Below the pieces are notes generated by a model. The model saw only the letters and a list, made by a program, of their open reading frames with translations, did not search any database and was not told the DNA's origin. The position numbers and the translations under genes are program-made. A DNA stretch of 64,000 bases from a bacterium. Lineage in GTDB: Bacteria; UBA8248. The first letter of the stretch is position 1; every line of letters begins with the position of its first letter. The stretch covers positions 2,720,001 through 2,784,000 of the forward strand of contig OZ242260.1 in the NCBI GenBank assembly GCA_965207065.1, written 5' to 3'. Shown piece by piece: positions 48,390 through 59,078 of the stretch.

Positions 48390-49649
48390 TTGGAGCGATT
48401 TCGTATCCGGGGAGGAAGGCCGCTTCGCGGCGAGGCCGAGGCGTCGGGTTCCAAGAACGCCTCTTTGCCGATCCTGGCCGCCGCCATCCTGGCCGATGGC
48501 GTCAGTCATGCGCGGCGTGTCCCGGACTTGCGCGATACGAACACGATATTGGCGCTTCTGGGCGAATTCGGCGTCGAGACGCGCGAAGAATCGCCCGGTT
48601 CCATCTCCCTGGACGCCACGAACATCACCGGCGGCGTCGCGCCCTATGAACTGGTGCAGGCGATGCGGGCCTCCATCATGGTGCTGGGGCCATTGCTGGC
48701 GCGCTTCGGCTCGGCGCGCGTTTCCCTGCCGGGCGGCTGCGCCATCGGGGCCAGGCCCATCGATCAGCACCTGAAGGGACTGAGAGCGATGGGAGCGGAG
48801 ATCGAGATAGAGCAGGGCTACATCGAGGCCAGGGCCCGGAGACTCACGGGAGCGCGCATTTCGTTCGACTTAACGACCGTGACGGGTACGAAGAACCTGA
48901 TGATGGCGGCTTCTTTGGCGAAAGGCGTCACCGTGCTCGAGAATGCCGCCCTGGAGCCCGAAGTGGTCGCGGTCGCGGATTTGTTGAACCAGATGGGCGC
49001 GAAGGTGAGCGGCGCGGGCACGCCCGTTATCGAGATCGAAGGGGTGGATTCCCTCGCGGGCTACGACGCGGCCGTTCCCGCAGACCGCATCGAGGTGGGA
49101 ACCCTCATGATTGCCTCCGCCATCACGGGAGGGGATTTGAGGATAACGGATTGTGAGCCGGAGCAAGTGCATGCGCTGGCGCTCAAGCTGAGCGAAGCCG
49201 GTCTCGAAGTTTCAGAAGGAGCGGACTGGATTCACGTGCGGGGCGATGGCTCCGTACGGCCCGTGAACGTGAAGACGGCGCCCTATCCCGGGTTTCCCAC
49301 GGACCTGCAGGCCCAGTTCATGGCGTTGATGACGCTGGCGGGCGGGACCTGCGTGCTCACGGAGACGATCTTCGAGAATCGCTTCATGCACGCCGCCGAG
49401 CTTGCCAGAATGAACGCGCGGATTCATATAGACGGGCGGACGGCGCACATCGAGGGCGTGGCGCATCTCGCCGGCGCTTCGGTGACGGCGACCGACTTGA
49501 GAGCGAGCGCGTCGCTTGTCCTGGCGGGTCTGGCGGCGAGTGGAGAAACCATCGTTCGCAACGTATATCATATCGACAGGGGATATCAGCGGCTCGAGGA
49601 GAGGTTGAGGGAACTCGGCGCGGATATCCGGCGCGAAGTGGAGTCGTGA
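48390..49649 (+). CDS. murA: UDP-N-acetylglucosamine 1-carboxyvinyltransferase
   Basis: [29 protein letters not shown]. Confidence 0.97.
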   Translation: MERFRIRGGRPLRGEAEASGSKNASLPILAAAILADGVSHARRVPDLRDTNTILALLGEFGVETREESPGSISLDATNITGGVAPYELVQAMRASIMVLGPLLARFGSARVSLPGGCAIGARPIDQHLKGLRAMGAEIEIEQGYIEARARRLTGARISFDLTTVTGTKNLMMAASLAKGVTVLENAALEPEVVAVADLLNQMGAKVSGAGTPVIEIEGVDSLAGYDAAVPADRIEVGTLMIASAITGGDLRITDCEPEQVHALALKLSEAGLEVSEGADWIHVRGDGSVRPVNVKTAPYPGFPTDLQAQFMALMTLAGGTCVLTETIFENRFMHAAELARMNARIHIDGRTAHIEGVAHLAGASVTATDLRASASLVLAGLAASGETIVRNVYHIDRGYQRLEERLRELGADIRREVES

Positions 49650-50356
49650 TGAAAGAGAATCAGGAGAAAGAATTGATCATCGCCCTGCCCAAGGGCAGAA
49701 TTTTTACCGAAGCCACCGAATGTCTGGTGAAGGCGGGCGTCTTGTCCAAACCGGTATCGGACAAATCCCGAAAGCTCATCCTGCGCGACCCGAAAACGGG
49801 CGTCCGGGTCCTGATTCTCAGGAACCACGACGTGCCCATCTATGTGGAGCGCGGCGCCGCCGATCTGGGCATTATCGGGCGCGACGTGCTGCTCGAACAG
49901 GGGCGCGACGTATACGAGCCTCTGGATATGAACATGGCGCCGTGCCGCCTCATGGTGGCGGCGCCCGAGGGCATCGCCTGGGAGGATTTGACCGGGCGGA
50001 TATCGCTGCGCGTGGCGACGAAGTTTCCCGCCATCACGGCCCGGTTTTTCGAGCAGATGGGGGTTCAGGCAAAGATCATCCGTCTCTACGGAAACGTGGA
50101 AATCGCGCCCGCCACCGGCGTGGCGGACCTGGTTGTGGATTTGGTCGACACGGGCGGTACGCTGCGGGCCAATGGGCTGGTCCCGATTCGCGAGATATTC
50201 AGCGCGACGGCCAGGCTAATCGCCAACCGGGCGAGCCTGAAGACGAATTATAAAAAGGTGAGCGCGATCATCGAACAGTTGAAGGGGGTGATCCCCACAG
50301 CCCAAAACCGCTCCGGTAACGGCGCGGGTCCGGCGCCCGGTGGGGAGAAGGCGTGA
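49646..50356 (+). CDS. hisG: ATP phosphoribosyltransferase, short form
   Basis: ALPKGR, VATKFP, DLVDTGGTL; lacks the C-terminal regulatory domain. Confidence 0.94.
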   Translation: MMKENQEKELIIALPKGRIFTEATECLVKAGVLSKPVSDKSRKLILRDPKTGVRVLILRNHDVPIYVERGAADLGIIGRDVLLEQGRDVYEPLDMNMAPCRLMVAAPEGIAWEDLTGRISLRVATKFPAITARFFEQMGVQAKIIRLYGNVEIAPATGVADLVVDLVDTGGTLRANGLVPIREIFSATARLIANRASLKTNYKKVSAIIEQLKGVIPTAQNRSGNGAGPAPGGEKA

Positions 50357-51648
50357 GACGCTTCAGCTGCGGGGCGGAGAATTTCGCCGCCGGGATCGAG
50401 CGCCTCTCCATGAGCGGGGAGGATGCTTTTTCCCGCGTCGAGGGCGATGTGCGTGCGATCATCGAGCGCGTGCGCGTGGAGGGAGATGACGCGCTTGTCG
50501 AACTTACGAAGAAGTTCGACGGCGTTTCCCTGGACGCCGGGGGCCTCGTCGTAGGCCCGGAGGAGATGGCGCGCGCGCTAGATGCGCTGCCGTCCGAGAC
50601 GCTGGACGCCCTGAAACTGGCCGAGGAGCGGGTACGCGTGTTCCACGAGGCGCAGGTTCCCCGAAGGATCAATGTCGAACCTGCGCTCGGCGAGCGGCTC
50701 TCGCTCGAACCCACCCCCCTCGCCAGCGTGGGTCTGTATGCGCCCGGCGGCACGGCGGCCTATCCCTCCACGGTGCTCATGAATGCCGTTCCTGCGCGCG
50801 TCGCAGGCGTGGACGAATTGGTTCTGTGCACGCCGCCGGGCCCGAACGGCGAGGTGCCCGCCGCCGTGCTGGCGGCGGCTTCCCTGGCGGGTCTTGAGCT
50901 CGTCTTTCGAATTGGTGGCGCGCAGGCGGTCGCCGCGATGGCCTATGGTACGGAGAGCGTCCCCCGCGTGGACAAGATAGTGGGGCCGGGCAACGTATAC
51001 GTCGCCGCCGCCAAGCGCATCGTGCGCGGGCGTGTGGAAATCGACAAGGAGGCGGGGCCGAGCGAGGTGGTCGTGCTCCTGGACGACCCCGCCCTGGCCG
51101 AATGGGCGGCCGCTGATCTCATCGCCCAGGCCGAGCACGACGCGCAGGCGATGGCGGTGGGCGTTTGCGTGGGCGCGGAAGTGGCCGACGCCTTGGAAAG
51201 AGAAGTGGAAAGCCAGATGAGTGTCGCCCGGAGGAGCGAGGAGATAGGGCAGGCTTTGGAGAATCGCGGCGCCATCATCGAGGCGGCCTCGCGCCGAGAG
51301 GCGATCGAAGTGGCGGAGATGCTGGCGCCCGAGCACCTGGAGATTTTGATGGAGGATGCGGAGGATGCGGCCAAGGAGATTCGCAATGCGGGCGCGGTAT
51401 TCTGCGGGCCGTGGAGTCCGGTCCCCTTGGGCGATTACATCGCAGGCCCCAACCACGTGCTTCCAACAGGCGGTGCGGCGCGTTTCGCCTCTCCGCTCGG
51501 CGTCTATGATTTCATCAAATGGACGAGCAAGGTGTGTTTCGATGAGGCCGCCGCCGCGCGGCTGGCGGAACCTGCTGCGAGACTCGCGGATCTCGAAGGT
51601 CTGCCCGCGCACGCACGGGCCTTGCGACTGAGGCGCGGCGCATCCTGA
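50353..51648 (+). CDS. hisD: Histidinol dehydrogenase
   Basis: GPGNVYV, AGPSE, QAEHD, PEHL, GPNHVLPT. Confidence 0.96.
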   Translation: MRRFSCGAENFAAGIERLSMSGEDAFSRVEGDVRAIIERVRVEGDDALVELTKKFDGVSLDAGGLVVGPEEMARALDALPSETLDALKLAEERVRVFHEAQVPRRINVEPALGERLSLEPTPLASVGLYAPGGTAAYPSTVLMNAVPARVAGVDELVLCTPPGPNGEVPAAVLAAASLAGLELVFRIGGAQAVAAMAYGTESVPRVDKIVGPGNVYVAAAKRIVRGRVEIDKEAGPSEVVVLLDDPALAEWAAADLIAQAEHDAQAMAVGVCVGAEVADALEREVESQMSVARRSEEIGQALENRGAIIEAASRREAIEVAEMLAPEHLEILMEDAEDAAKEIRNAGAVFCGPWSPVPLGDYIAGPNHVLPTGGAARFASPLGVYDFIKWTSKVCFDEAAAARLAEPAARLADLEGLPAHARALRLRRGAS

Positions 51649-51649
51649 G

Positions 51650-51889
51650 GAGGCAGTTGGAAAAGCCCCTTCTCGGTCGGAAACGACCATCGCCGTCATT
51701 CCGGCGCATGCCGGAATCCAGAGCCGACGAGGAGCAAGGTGAACCGATCTTTTACGTTCTCACTGGTCGGATGGGAAAAGGCAAAGAGCAAAGACGAAAA
51801 GACAAAGTCCCTGGATTCCGGCATGCGCCGGAATGACGATTAAAAGCGAAGGTCAACCCCAAGCGAAGCGAGACATTTTCAACAGTTCC
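51650..51889. mobile_element. TIR element carrying an inverted GTCATTCCGGC-type palindrome pair
   Basis: Ends GAGGCAGTTGGAAAAG and CATTTTCAACAGTTCC; perfect 28-bp inverted pair at 51694-51721 and 51811-51838. Confidence 0.7.
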
Positions 51890-51993
51890 TTGAGGGGGCG
51901 CTGGCGGGGCGCGCGCAAATCGAGCATAATCGCACTGCCGAAAGGCGGTGAATTCATTGGGGTTGGAACTTTCCATCCGCCGGGAGAGAGAAG

Positions 51994-52596
51994 GTGGCGT
52001 CGAGAACGAAACAGAGAAAAGCGCGCGTGAGCAGAAAGACGAAAGAGACCGATTTTTCCGTCGCTGTCAATTTAGACGGCGCGGGGGAGGCCGAAATCAA
52101 TACGGGCCTCGGTTTTTTCGATCACATGCTCGCCCAGATCGCCCGCCACGGGCTGGTGGATTTGACCGTTCGCGGCAAGGGGGATTTGGACGTCGACGGC
52201 CACCACACGGTGGAGGACGTAGGTATTATCCTGGGGCAGACGCTGGCGAAGGCGCTCGGAGACCGGGCGGGCATCACCCGCTACGCCGACGTGCGCCTGC
52301 CGATGATGGACGCGCTCGTTCACGTGGCGGCGGATTTCGGCGGCAGGGGAAACCTAGTTTTCCGCGCCGCGTTCCCCGAAGCCCGAATCGGCGAGTTCGA
52401 CACCTCGCTCGTGCGCGAATTCTTCTGGTCCCTGGCCACCCACGCAGGCGTCGACCTCCACGTCGAGGTCTGCTACGGGGACAACAGCCACCACATGGTC
52501 GAAGCCGTGTTCAAGGGCTTTGCGCGGGCGTTGCGCGCGGGCGTCGCGCTCGATTCGAGAGATACCAGCGTGCCCAGCACCAAGGGTGTCTTATAA
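51994..52596 (+). CDS. hisB: Imidazoleglycerol-phosphate dehydratase
   Basis: [34 protein letters not shown]. Confidence 0.96.
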   Translation: MASRTKQRKARVSRKTKETDFSVAVNLDGAGEAEINTGLGFFDHMLAQIARHGLVDLTVRGKGDLDVDGHHTVEDVGIILGQTLAKALGDRAGITRYADVRLPMMDALVHVAADFGGRGNLVFRAAFPEARIGEFDTSLVREFFWSLATHAGVDLHVEVCYGDNSHHMVEAVFKGFARALRAGVALDSRDTSVPSTKGVL

Positions 52597-52623
52597 GGCA
52601 GTTTTTTGGGCTACCATCATTAT

Positions 52624-52939
52624 GGGGTTGCTGAAAAAGTTTCCGGGAAGCGATTTTTGTTTCGCGCAAGCTTTTGAAGTTCACTCCCCCCTTGAGGGGG
52701 AGTCGAAGAAGCCGAGCGATATTGGCGAAGGCTGAATCGGTGGGGGGTAAAATGCGTTTTATTGCCATTCCGAGTCATACCCCCCACCAGTTCACTTTCG
52801 GGCTTACGCCCTTAGTTCACTGACTCCCCCTCAAGGGGGGAGTGGTTGGTTGGCGCTCTGCAAGGAAGGAGTAAAGTTTCATCCTTCCCTGGTCGGCTCC
52901 ATACGTGGAATCAAGAAATCGGGGTTTTTCAACAGCTCC
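52624..52939. mobile_element. TIR element carrying an inverted CTCCCCCCTTGAGGGGGAG pair
   Basis: Ends GGGGTTGCTGAAAAAG and GTTTTTCAACAGCTCC; perfect 23-bp inverted pair at 52682-52704 and 52822-52844. Confidence 0.75.
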
Positions 52940-52954
52940 AGAAGGGGGAGTGGC

Positions 52955-53623
52955 ATGACGGCCGAGTTCGTCGTGGTCGACTACGGAATGGGAAACGTCC
53001 TGAGCGTGAGGAACGCGCTGGCCAAAATAGGCGCCGAGGCGGTGTTGAGTGACGACCCGCGAGTCCTGGAAACCGCAACGGGCGTCATCATGCCAGGCAT
53101 TGGTGGTTTTCCGGAATGCATGCGCGCCCTGGAGGACGCGGGTCTCACAGGGCCACTTCGCCGCGTTATAGAGCAAGGCGTTCCCTATCTCGGGATATGT
53201 CTTGGCCTCCAGATTCTTTTTGAGGAAAGCGAGGAGTTCGGCTCCACGCCGGGTCTGGGAATCCTGCCCGGGCGCGTGCGGCGTTTTCCCGAGGGGATGA
53301 CCGAAAACGGCGGCGCGCTGCCCTTGAAGGTCCCCCACATGGGCTGGAACCAGCCGCAGTTTCACAACCAATCCCCGATTCTCGCGGGCGTGCCCCAGGG
53401 TGCGCATTTCTATTTCGTCCACTCCTACTATGCGGAGCCCTCGGAAGCGGCGCGGCCCTGGATTGCGGCGACGTGCGATTTCGGCGTGCCCTTCATCGCC
53501 AGTGTTCATCGGAAAAACCTCTTCGCCACCCAGTTCCACCCCGAGAAAAGCGGTACGCTCGGCTTGGGCATTTTGAGGAAATTCGTCGACATCTGCCGCG
53601 CGCAGAAAACCGCATCCGCTTAG
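52955..53623 (+). CDS. hisH: Imidazole glycerol phosphate synthase, glutaminase subunit
   Basis: DYGMGN, GICLGLQ, YFVHSY, QFHPEKS. Confidence 0.96.
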   Translation: MTAEFVVVDYGMGNVLSVRNALAKIGAEAVLSDDPRVLETATGVIMPGIGGFPECMRALEDAGLTGPLRRVIEQGVPYLGICLGLQILFEESEEFGSTPGLGILPGRVRRFPEGMTENGGALPLKVPHMGWNQPQFHNQSPILAGVPQGAHFYFVHSYYAEPSEAARPWIAATCDFGVPFIASVHRKNLFATQFHPEKSGTLGLGILRKFVDICRAQKTASA

Positions 53624-53722
53624 GGGGTCAAACGCGAGCGAAGAGCGAGTGTTTGCAGCTTTTTTCCAGTCGAAAGGGGTGTCCCCTCTACCCCCTGAAA
53701 AGGGGACTTTTTCAACAACCCC
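53624..53722. repeat. Partial TIR element with the right end preserved
   Basis: GGACTTTTTCAACAACCCC at 53704-53722, preceded by an AGGGGTGTCCCCT palindrome. Confidence 0.55.
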
Positions 53723-53867
53723 CTAGGGACGGCCCCTCGGGCGGGCCGCTGCGGGCGCGCCTTGGCCCCTTTTCTGCAAGAAACTCTCACAAGCGTTTGC
53801 AATAATACCTGTTTGGGTTTAATGAGAGGCGCAAGAGTGGCGGCGATTTCATCTCGGGGGTGGCGGT

Positions 53868-54593
53868 TTGCTTCTCATTCCGGCGGTCGATCTCAAGGGC
53901 GGTAAATGCGTTCGGCTCATCCAGGGCGAGAAAGAGCGCGAGATCGTCTACGGCGATGACCCGGTCGCCTGGGCACTGCGCTGGGTGGAGCAGGGAGCGC
54001 AGCGGCTTCACCTCATCGATCTCGACGGCGCCTTCGACGGCGCGCCCGCCCACATCGACGTTCTGGCCCAGGTTGCCGAGGCCGTGGACGTTCCCGTGGA
54101 ATTCGGCGGCGGCGTGCGCTCGGAAGTTTCGCTCGCGGCCGTGCTGGAAGCGGGCGCGAGCTTCGTCATCCTCGGCACGAGCGCGCTCAGGAATCCGGAA
54201 TTCCTGGAATCCGCCGCCCGAGCGAACCCCGGTAAAATTCTGTTGGGCATCGACGCCAAGGACGGGGAAGTCAGAATCTCGGGCTGGGAGGAAGGCGATT
54301 CGGTATCGCCCGAGTCACTGGCGAACCGCTTCGCCCATCTGCCTCTCGCGGGAATCATCTTCACCGACATCAGGCGCGACGGCACGCTGGAGGGTTTCGA
54401 CCCCGGCCCCACCGCCGCCTTGGCCCAGGCCTGCGGTCTGCCCGTCATCGCCGCAGGCGGGGTGAGCAGGCTCGAGGATGTGGAAAAACTCATTCCCTTA
54501 GAAGATAAGGGCGTCATCGGCGCCGTCGTGGGGCGCGCGCTCTATGAGGGGACCATGGATTTTCCAAAGGCGATGGAGATGCTCTCTTGCTAG
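53868..54593 (+). CDS. hisA: ProFAR isomerase
   Basis: [31 protein letters not shown]. Confidence 0.96.
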   Translation: MLLIPAVDLKGGKCVRLIQGEKEREIVYGDDPVAWALRWVEQGAQRLHLIDLDGAFDGAPAHIDVLAQVAEAVDVPVEFGGGVRSEVSLAAVLEAGASFVILGTSALRNPEFLESAARANPGKILLGIDAKDGEVRISGWEEGDSVSPESLANRFAHLPLAGIIFTDIRRDGTLEGFDPGPTAALAQACGLPVIAAGGVSRLEDVEKLIPLEDKGVIGAVVGRALYEGTMDFPKAMEMLSC

Positions 54594-55357
54594 CCAAGCG
54601 AATCATTCCCTGTCTCGACGTAAAAGAGGGCCGCGTGGTGAAAGGCGTGAATTTCGAGGGTCTTCGCGATGCGGGCGACCCCGTGGAGTGCGCCGCGCAT
54701 TATGACGAGATGGGGGCGGATGAAATCTGCTTTCTCGACATCACGGCTTCGAAGGAAAAGCGCGGCACCCTGCTCGACATGGTGCGGCGTACGGCGGAGC
54801 GCGTGTTTGTTCCCCTCACGGTAGGCGGCGGCGTGCGCGAGGAGGAAGACGTGCGCGATCTTCTGAGAGCAGGCGCGGACAAGGTGAGCATCAACAGCGC
54901 GGCGCTAAGAGACCCGTGCGTCCTCAAACGCTCGGCGGAGCGCTACGGAAGCTCCACCATCGTGTGCGCCATCGACGCCAAGCGCGTCTCGGGCGATGCG
55001 GACCCGCCCCGGTGGGAGGCGTTCACGCACGGGGGCTCTCGCCCCACCGGCCAGGACGCCGTAACCTGGGCGGAGGAAGCGTGCGAACTCGGCGCGGGCG
55101 AGATTCTTCTCACCAGCATGGACAGGGACGGCACCAAGGACGGGTATGACCTGGCCCTCACGCGCACGATTGCTGAGCGGGTGAGCGTGCCCGTCATCGC
55201 CTCGGGCGGCGTGGGGAATCTGGAGCATCTCTACGATGGCTTGGAGGAGGGCTGCGCCGACGCCGTTCTGGCCGCCTCGATCTTCCATTTCGGCGATTAT
55301 TCGGTCGAGGAGGTGAAGGTCTATCTGCGCGAGCGTGGCGTGGAGGTGAGGCTGTGA
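54587..55357 (+). CDS. hisF: Imidazole glycerol phosphate synthase, cyclase subunit
   Basis: [27 protein letters not shown]. Confidence 0.97.
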   Translation: MLAKRIIPCLDVKEGRVVKGVNFEGLRDAGDPVECAAHYDEMGADEICFLDITASKEKRGTLLDMVRRTAERVFVPLTVGGGVREEEDVRDLLRAGADKVSINSAALRDPCVLKRSAERYGSSTIVCAIDAKRVSGDADPPRWEAFTHGGSRPTGQDAVTWAEEACELGAGEILLTSMDRDGTKDGYDLALTRTIAERVSVPVIASGGVGNLEHLYDGLEEGCADAVLAASIFHFGDYSVEEVKVYLRERGVEVRL

Positions 55358-56028
55358 GCGAAGTGGAAATTCCCGAGGTCAAGTGGAACGAGCAGGGTCT
55401 GGCTCCCGCCATCTGCCAGGATGCGGGCACGGGACAGGTCCTGACCCTTGCCTGGGTGAACGAGGAATCGCTCCGCTTGACGCTGGAGAAGGGAACCGTC
55501 CACTTCTGGTCCCGCTCCCGAGGGGAGCTTTGGCACAAGGGCGAGACGTCGGGGAACTATCTGCATCTGGTCTCGGCGAGGCTCGATTGCGACGCGGATG
55601 CGCTGGTGTTCATCGTAAGGCCCGACGGGCCGGCCTGCCACACGAACCGGATGTCTTGTTTTTTCAACGAAGTACCTGTTCCTGATCGGGAAGGCGGTGA
55701 GGCGGCCCTCGATTTCGATCAGAACCTGCTGGAATCGGTTTATCGCCTGATCCTGGAGCGAAAAAAGGCGGGCGATACGGATTCGAGCTATGTGGCGCGC
55801 CTGTTCGCCAGGGGCGAGGAGCGGGTGCTGGAGAAGATAGACGAAGAAGCCGCCGAGGTCGTCACGGCGATGCGCGAAGAGGGCCCCGACGCGATAACGA
55901 ACGAGGTGGCCGATTTGTGGTTCCACACCATGGTGGGCATGGCCGCGAACGACGTGCCGCCGGGGCGGGTATTTGTGGAACTCGCGCGCCGGTTCGGGCG
56001 AGGCGGGAGGCCGGAGTCCGAGAGATAG
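55354..56028 (+). CDS. hisIE: Bifunctional PR-AMP cyclohydrolase / PR-ATP pyrophosphatase
   Basis: [37 protein letters not shown]. Confidence 0.95.
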   Translation: MSEVEIPEVKWNEQGLAPAICQDAGTGQVLTLAWVNEESLRLTLEKGTVHFWSRSRGELWHKGETSGNYLHLVSARLDCDADALVFIVRPDGPACHTNRMSCFFNEVPVPDREGGEAALDFDQNLLESVYRLILERKKAGDTDSSYVARLFARGEERVLEKIDEEAAEVVTAMREEGPDAITNEVADLWFHTMVGMAANDVPPGRVFVELARRFGRGGRPESER

Positions 56029-56045
56029 GGGGCTCTCGGCCAAAG

Positions 56046-56292
56046 GGGCTAGTTGAAAAAGTCCTTGTTTCCCCCCGGTCGGCGACATGATGATCCCGTA
56101 GGGACAGGCCTCCGTGCCTGTCCTGATTTTAACCATCCTGCAAAAGGACAACCACGGAGGGTTGTCCCTACACTGCCACTCCTCCATCATCGGCCTTTTT
56201 AACAGGCCCTCAAGGGGGAGTGAAGTTTCCTACCTCCTCGCTCGGTTGGTTACATACGCAGAATCACGAGGTCGGGATTTTTTCAAAAACCC
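56046..56292. mobile_element. TIR element with a GTAG-REP pair, abutting the right-hand remnant of a second element
   Basis: TIRs at 56046-56064 and 56191-56209; REPs at 56098-56123 and 56146-56171; 56207-56292 resembles the tail of the 52624-52939 element. Confidence 0.7.
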
Positions 56293-56346
56293 CGAATTGG
56301 GCGATTGCCCGCCCAAAGTGATGATATTTAATTATTTTCATTATTC

Positions 56347-56375
56347 TTGACAGGTTCGCGCTCGGCTCCTATATT
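56347..56375 (+). promoter_or_regulatory. Sigma70-type promoter about 320 nt upstream of mutS2
   Basis: TTGACA-N17-TATATT. Confidence 0.65.
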
Positions 56376-56696
56376 GTTTCCTGATAATAGGATTATTGCG
56401 TAATCTGTGCGGTTTATTTTTATAAGCAGTTGAATTTCAAAAAGATACGGGATGGCAAGGGTCATCCCCTCATTTTGTTCATGGACGCTGCGTTCTTCGG
56501 TTCATCTGGAAGAACGATCGAGAAAAGGACCCTGAGTACACTTCGCCCCATCGGCATTCCCCACTGATTCCCTGGAGGCGTGCCGGAAAAGAACCGCCAA
56601 TTCTTCGATTAAGATTACTGAAACACGCCGTTGTGTCCCGGTACCGGGACAAAGGGGTGATTCAGCTGTACATCTATTATCCGTGGGTGATGGTTC

Positions 56697-59048
56697 ATGG
56701 ATGGCCGAACACTGCAAGGCATTGAATTCGAAGATGTTTTGAAACTGCTGGAGGCTCGCTGCGCCTCGAAGTCCGGCGCGGCTGCGGCCGCAGCGCTCGT
56801 TCCGCTCACCTCGTCTTTCAAGGTCGATACCCTGCTCGACGAGACGGATGAAGCGGTGGCGCTCCAGGGCGCCGGGGAGTACATGCCGCTGGCCGCGTTC
56901 GATGATCCCGAAGGGTGGCTCGAGGACATCAGACGCCGGGGCGGGAACCTCGAGGGTGAGAAATTCCTCTCGATCCTCTCGTTACTGAACCTCGCCTCCG
57001 ACGTGCGCCGCTTCGTGGAGGAGCGCGCCGAGAGGCTGCCCAGGCTCAGGATGCGCATTCACGGCGCGGACATGCTATATCCCCTGGCCGCGCGAATCAG
57101 GCGCATTCTCGATGAGCGCGGCGAGGTGCGCGACGACGCGAGCCCCGAACTCCAGGAATCGAGAGCGAAGCAGCGCGCGCTCAGGAACGAGATACGCCGT
57201 CTGCTCGACAGGGTGATGGCCGCGCATCCGAATGCGGTTCAGGAAAACCTGATAGTGCAGCGGCGCGAGCGGTATCTGATTCCCGCCAGAACGACCTTCA
57301 AGCGCTCGTTCGAGGGCGTGATACAGGATCGCTCCTCGAGCGGGGAGACCTTGTTCGTGGAGCCGCTGTCGGCGGTGCCCGTCAACAACGCCATCGCCGA
57401 GGAACGCGAGGCCGAGCGCGCGGAGGTGGAGCGAATCCTGCGCGAGCTGACCGAGGAGGTGATGGCGTCGCGCGAGGCAATTGTCTATCTGGTGCAGTGC
57501 CTGGCCGGGCTCGACCTCATCTGGGCGAAAGCGCGCCTGGGGGTCGATTGGCGCGGCGCGCGCGCTCAGGCGAGCGCGGACGGAAGCATCCGGTTGAAAG
57601 CCGCGCGTCATCCCCTGCTCACGGCGGGCGTCGGCGCAGTGCCGAAAGAACAGGTGGTGCCCATCGATCTCGAGGTGGGGAGAGACGGAATGCGCCAACT
57701 CCTCATCACCGGGCCCAACACGGGCGGCAAGACGGTGGCCTTGAAGACGGTGGGCCTTTGCGTGGCGCTTCACCAGTGCGGCCTGCCCATACCGGCTGCG
57801 CCCGAGAGCGCGCTCCCCGTCGTCAAGACGCTCGTCGCCGACATCGGCGATGAACAGGACATCCAGCAGAACCTGAGCACCTTCTCGGGCCACATGGCGC
57901 GCGTCTCGGGCGCGGTGCGCGAGGCGGGAGAGGGCGTGCTCGTGCTCCTGGACGAGTTGGGCTCCGGCACCGACCCGGCGGAGGGTTCGGCCATCGGCGT
58001 CTCCGTGCTCGAGCATCTCGCGGAGAGCGGCGCGCTCTGCATCGTGACGACGCACCACGACGCCCTCAAGCATTACGCCTATCAGGCCGCGCACGCCGAG
58101 AACGCCTCGGTGGAGTTCGACGCCGATGACCTCTCGCCCACCTACCGGATCCGCATGGGCGCGGCCGGGCCGAGCAACGCCATGTCGGTGGCGCAAATGA
58201 TGGGTCTGCCCGAATCCGTGCTGGCGCGCGCGGATGTGCTGCTCACGAAAGGCCCCGTCCAGGTGGATCGCCTGATGGCGAACCTCTCCGATCAGGGGCG
58301 CGAGATGGAAGAAAAAGAGGCCGACCTCTCGGCCCGCCGGGTGCTGCTCGAAGCGCGCGAGAGAGAGCTCGAGCGCCAGTTAAGCGAGGAAGCGCGCCAG
58401 AGGGGCGATGATGCGGCCCGGTTCCTGAAAGACTTGAGGCGCGAGGCCGATGATCTCCTGAACGAGATGCGCGGGGCGCTCGAAATGGAGGAAGCCAAGC
58501 GTATCGCGCGCGAGCGCATTCGCGAGATGAGCGCCGGAATCGAGAAAGCGCTGCCCCGGAGGGAAGAGGCGGCTACGCGCGCGCCGGTTTCACTTCGTGT
58601 GAAAGACAGGGTGCGCATCCCGCTCATGAACTGCACGGGCGAGGTGGTCGCCCTGCACGGAGACGATGAGTTGACGGTGTCCGTGAACAGCAAATCCCTT
58701 CGCCTGTCCTGCAGCGTGGTGGAGGTTCTGGACGATGCGCCGGTCGCGCCCGCTCGCAGGAGCACGGTGACGCACGACGTCTTGTCGAGAGGGGATGATT
58801 TCTCGCCCGAGCTTCAGCTGCGCGGCGTGCGCGCCGAGCGCGCCCTCGAGATGGTGGACAAGTATCTCGACGACGCAGCGCTCGTGGGAATCGCGTCTGT
58901 TCGCATCGTGCACGGCAAGGGGGAGGGGGTGCTCACCCAGGTCATCGCCGAGAGGCTCAAGGAACACACCCTGGTGTCGAAGTTCGGCCCCGCGCGGCCC
59001 GAAGAGGGCGGCTGGGGCGTCACGAACGTGGAGTTGGCCCTGCGCTGA
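56697..59048 (+). CDS. mutS2: Endonuclease MutS2
   Basis: GPNTGGKT, LSTFSGHM, DELGSGTDP, C-terminal Smr VHGKG. Confidence 0.95.
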   Translation: MDGRTLQGIEFEDVLKLLEARCASKSGAAAAAALVPLTSSFKVDTLLDETDEAVALQGAGEYMPLAAFDDPEGWLEDIRRRGGNLEGEKFLSILSLLNLASDVRRFVEERAERLPRLRMRIHGADMLYPLAARIRRILDERGEVRDDASPELQESRAKQRALRNEIRRLLDRVMAAHPNAVQENLIVQRRERYLIPARTTFKRSFEGVIQDRSSSGETLFVEPLSAVPVNNAIAEEREAERAEVERILRELTEEVMASREAIVYLVQCLAGLDLIWAKARLGVDWRGARAQASADGSIRLKAARHPLLTAGVGAVPKEQVVPIDLEVGRDGMRQLLITGPNTGGKTVALKTVGLCVALHQCGLPIPAAPESALPVVKTLVADIGDEQDIQQNLSTFSGHMARVSGAVREAGEGVLVLLDELGSGTDPAEGSAIGVSVLEHLAESGALCIVTTHHDALKHYAYQAAHAENASVEFDADDLSPTYRIRMGAAGPSNAMSVAQMMGLPESVLARADVLLTKGPVQVDRLMANLSDQGREMEEKEADLSARRVLLEARERELERQLSEEARQRGDDAARFLKDLRREADDLLNEMRGALEMEEAKRIARERIREMSAGIEKALPRREEAATRAPVSLRVKDRVRIPLMNCTGEVVALHGDDELTVSVNSKSLRLSCSVVEVLDDAPVAPARRSTVTHDVLSRGDDFSPELQLRGVRAERALEMVDKYLDDAALVGIASVRIVHGKGEGVLTQVIAERLKEHTLVSKFGPARPEEGGWGVTNVELALR

Positions 59049-59078
59049 TGCTCCGCTTGCTGGGATGAGGGTACAGGA

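Noticed and set aside
56452-56567. Small ORFs upstream of mutS2 as rpsU or a leader peptide
   Set aside because: The 27-28 aa translations lack S21's basic motifs and clear SD sequences.
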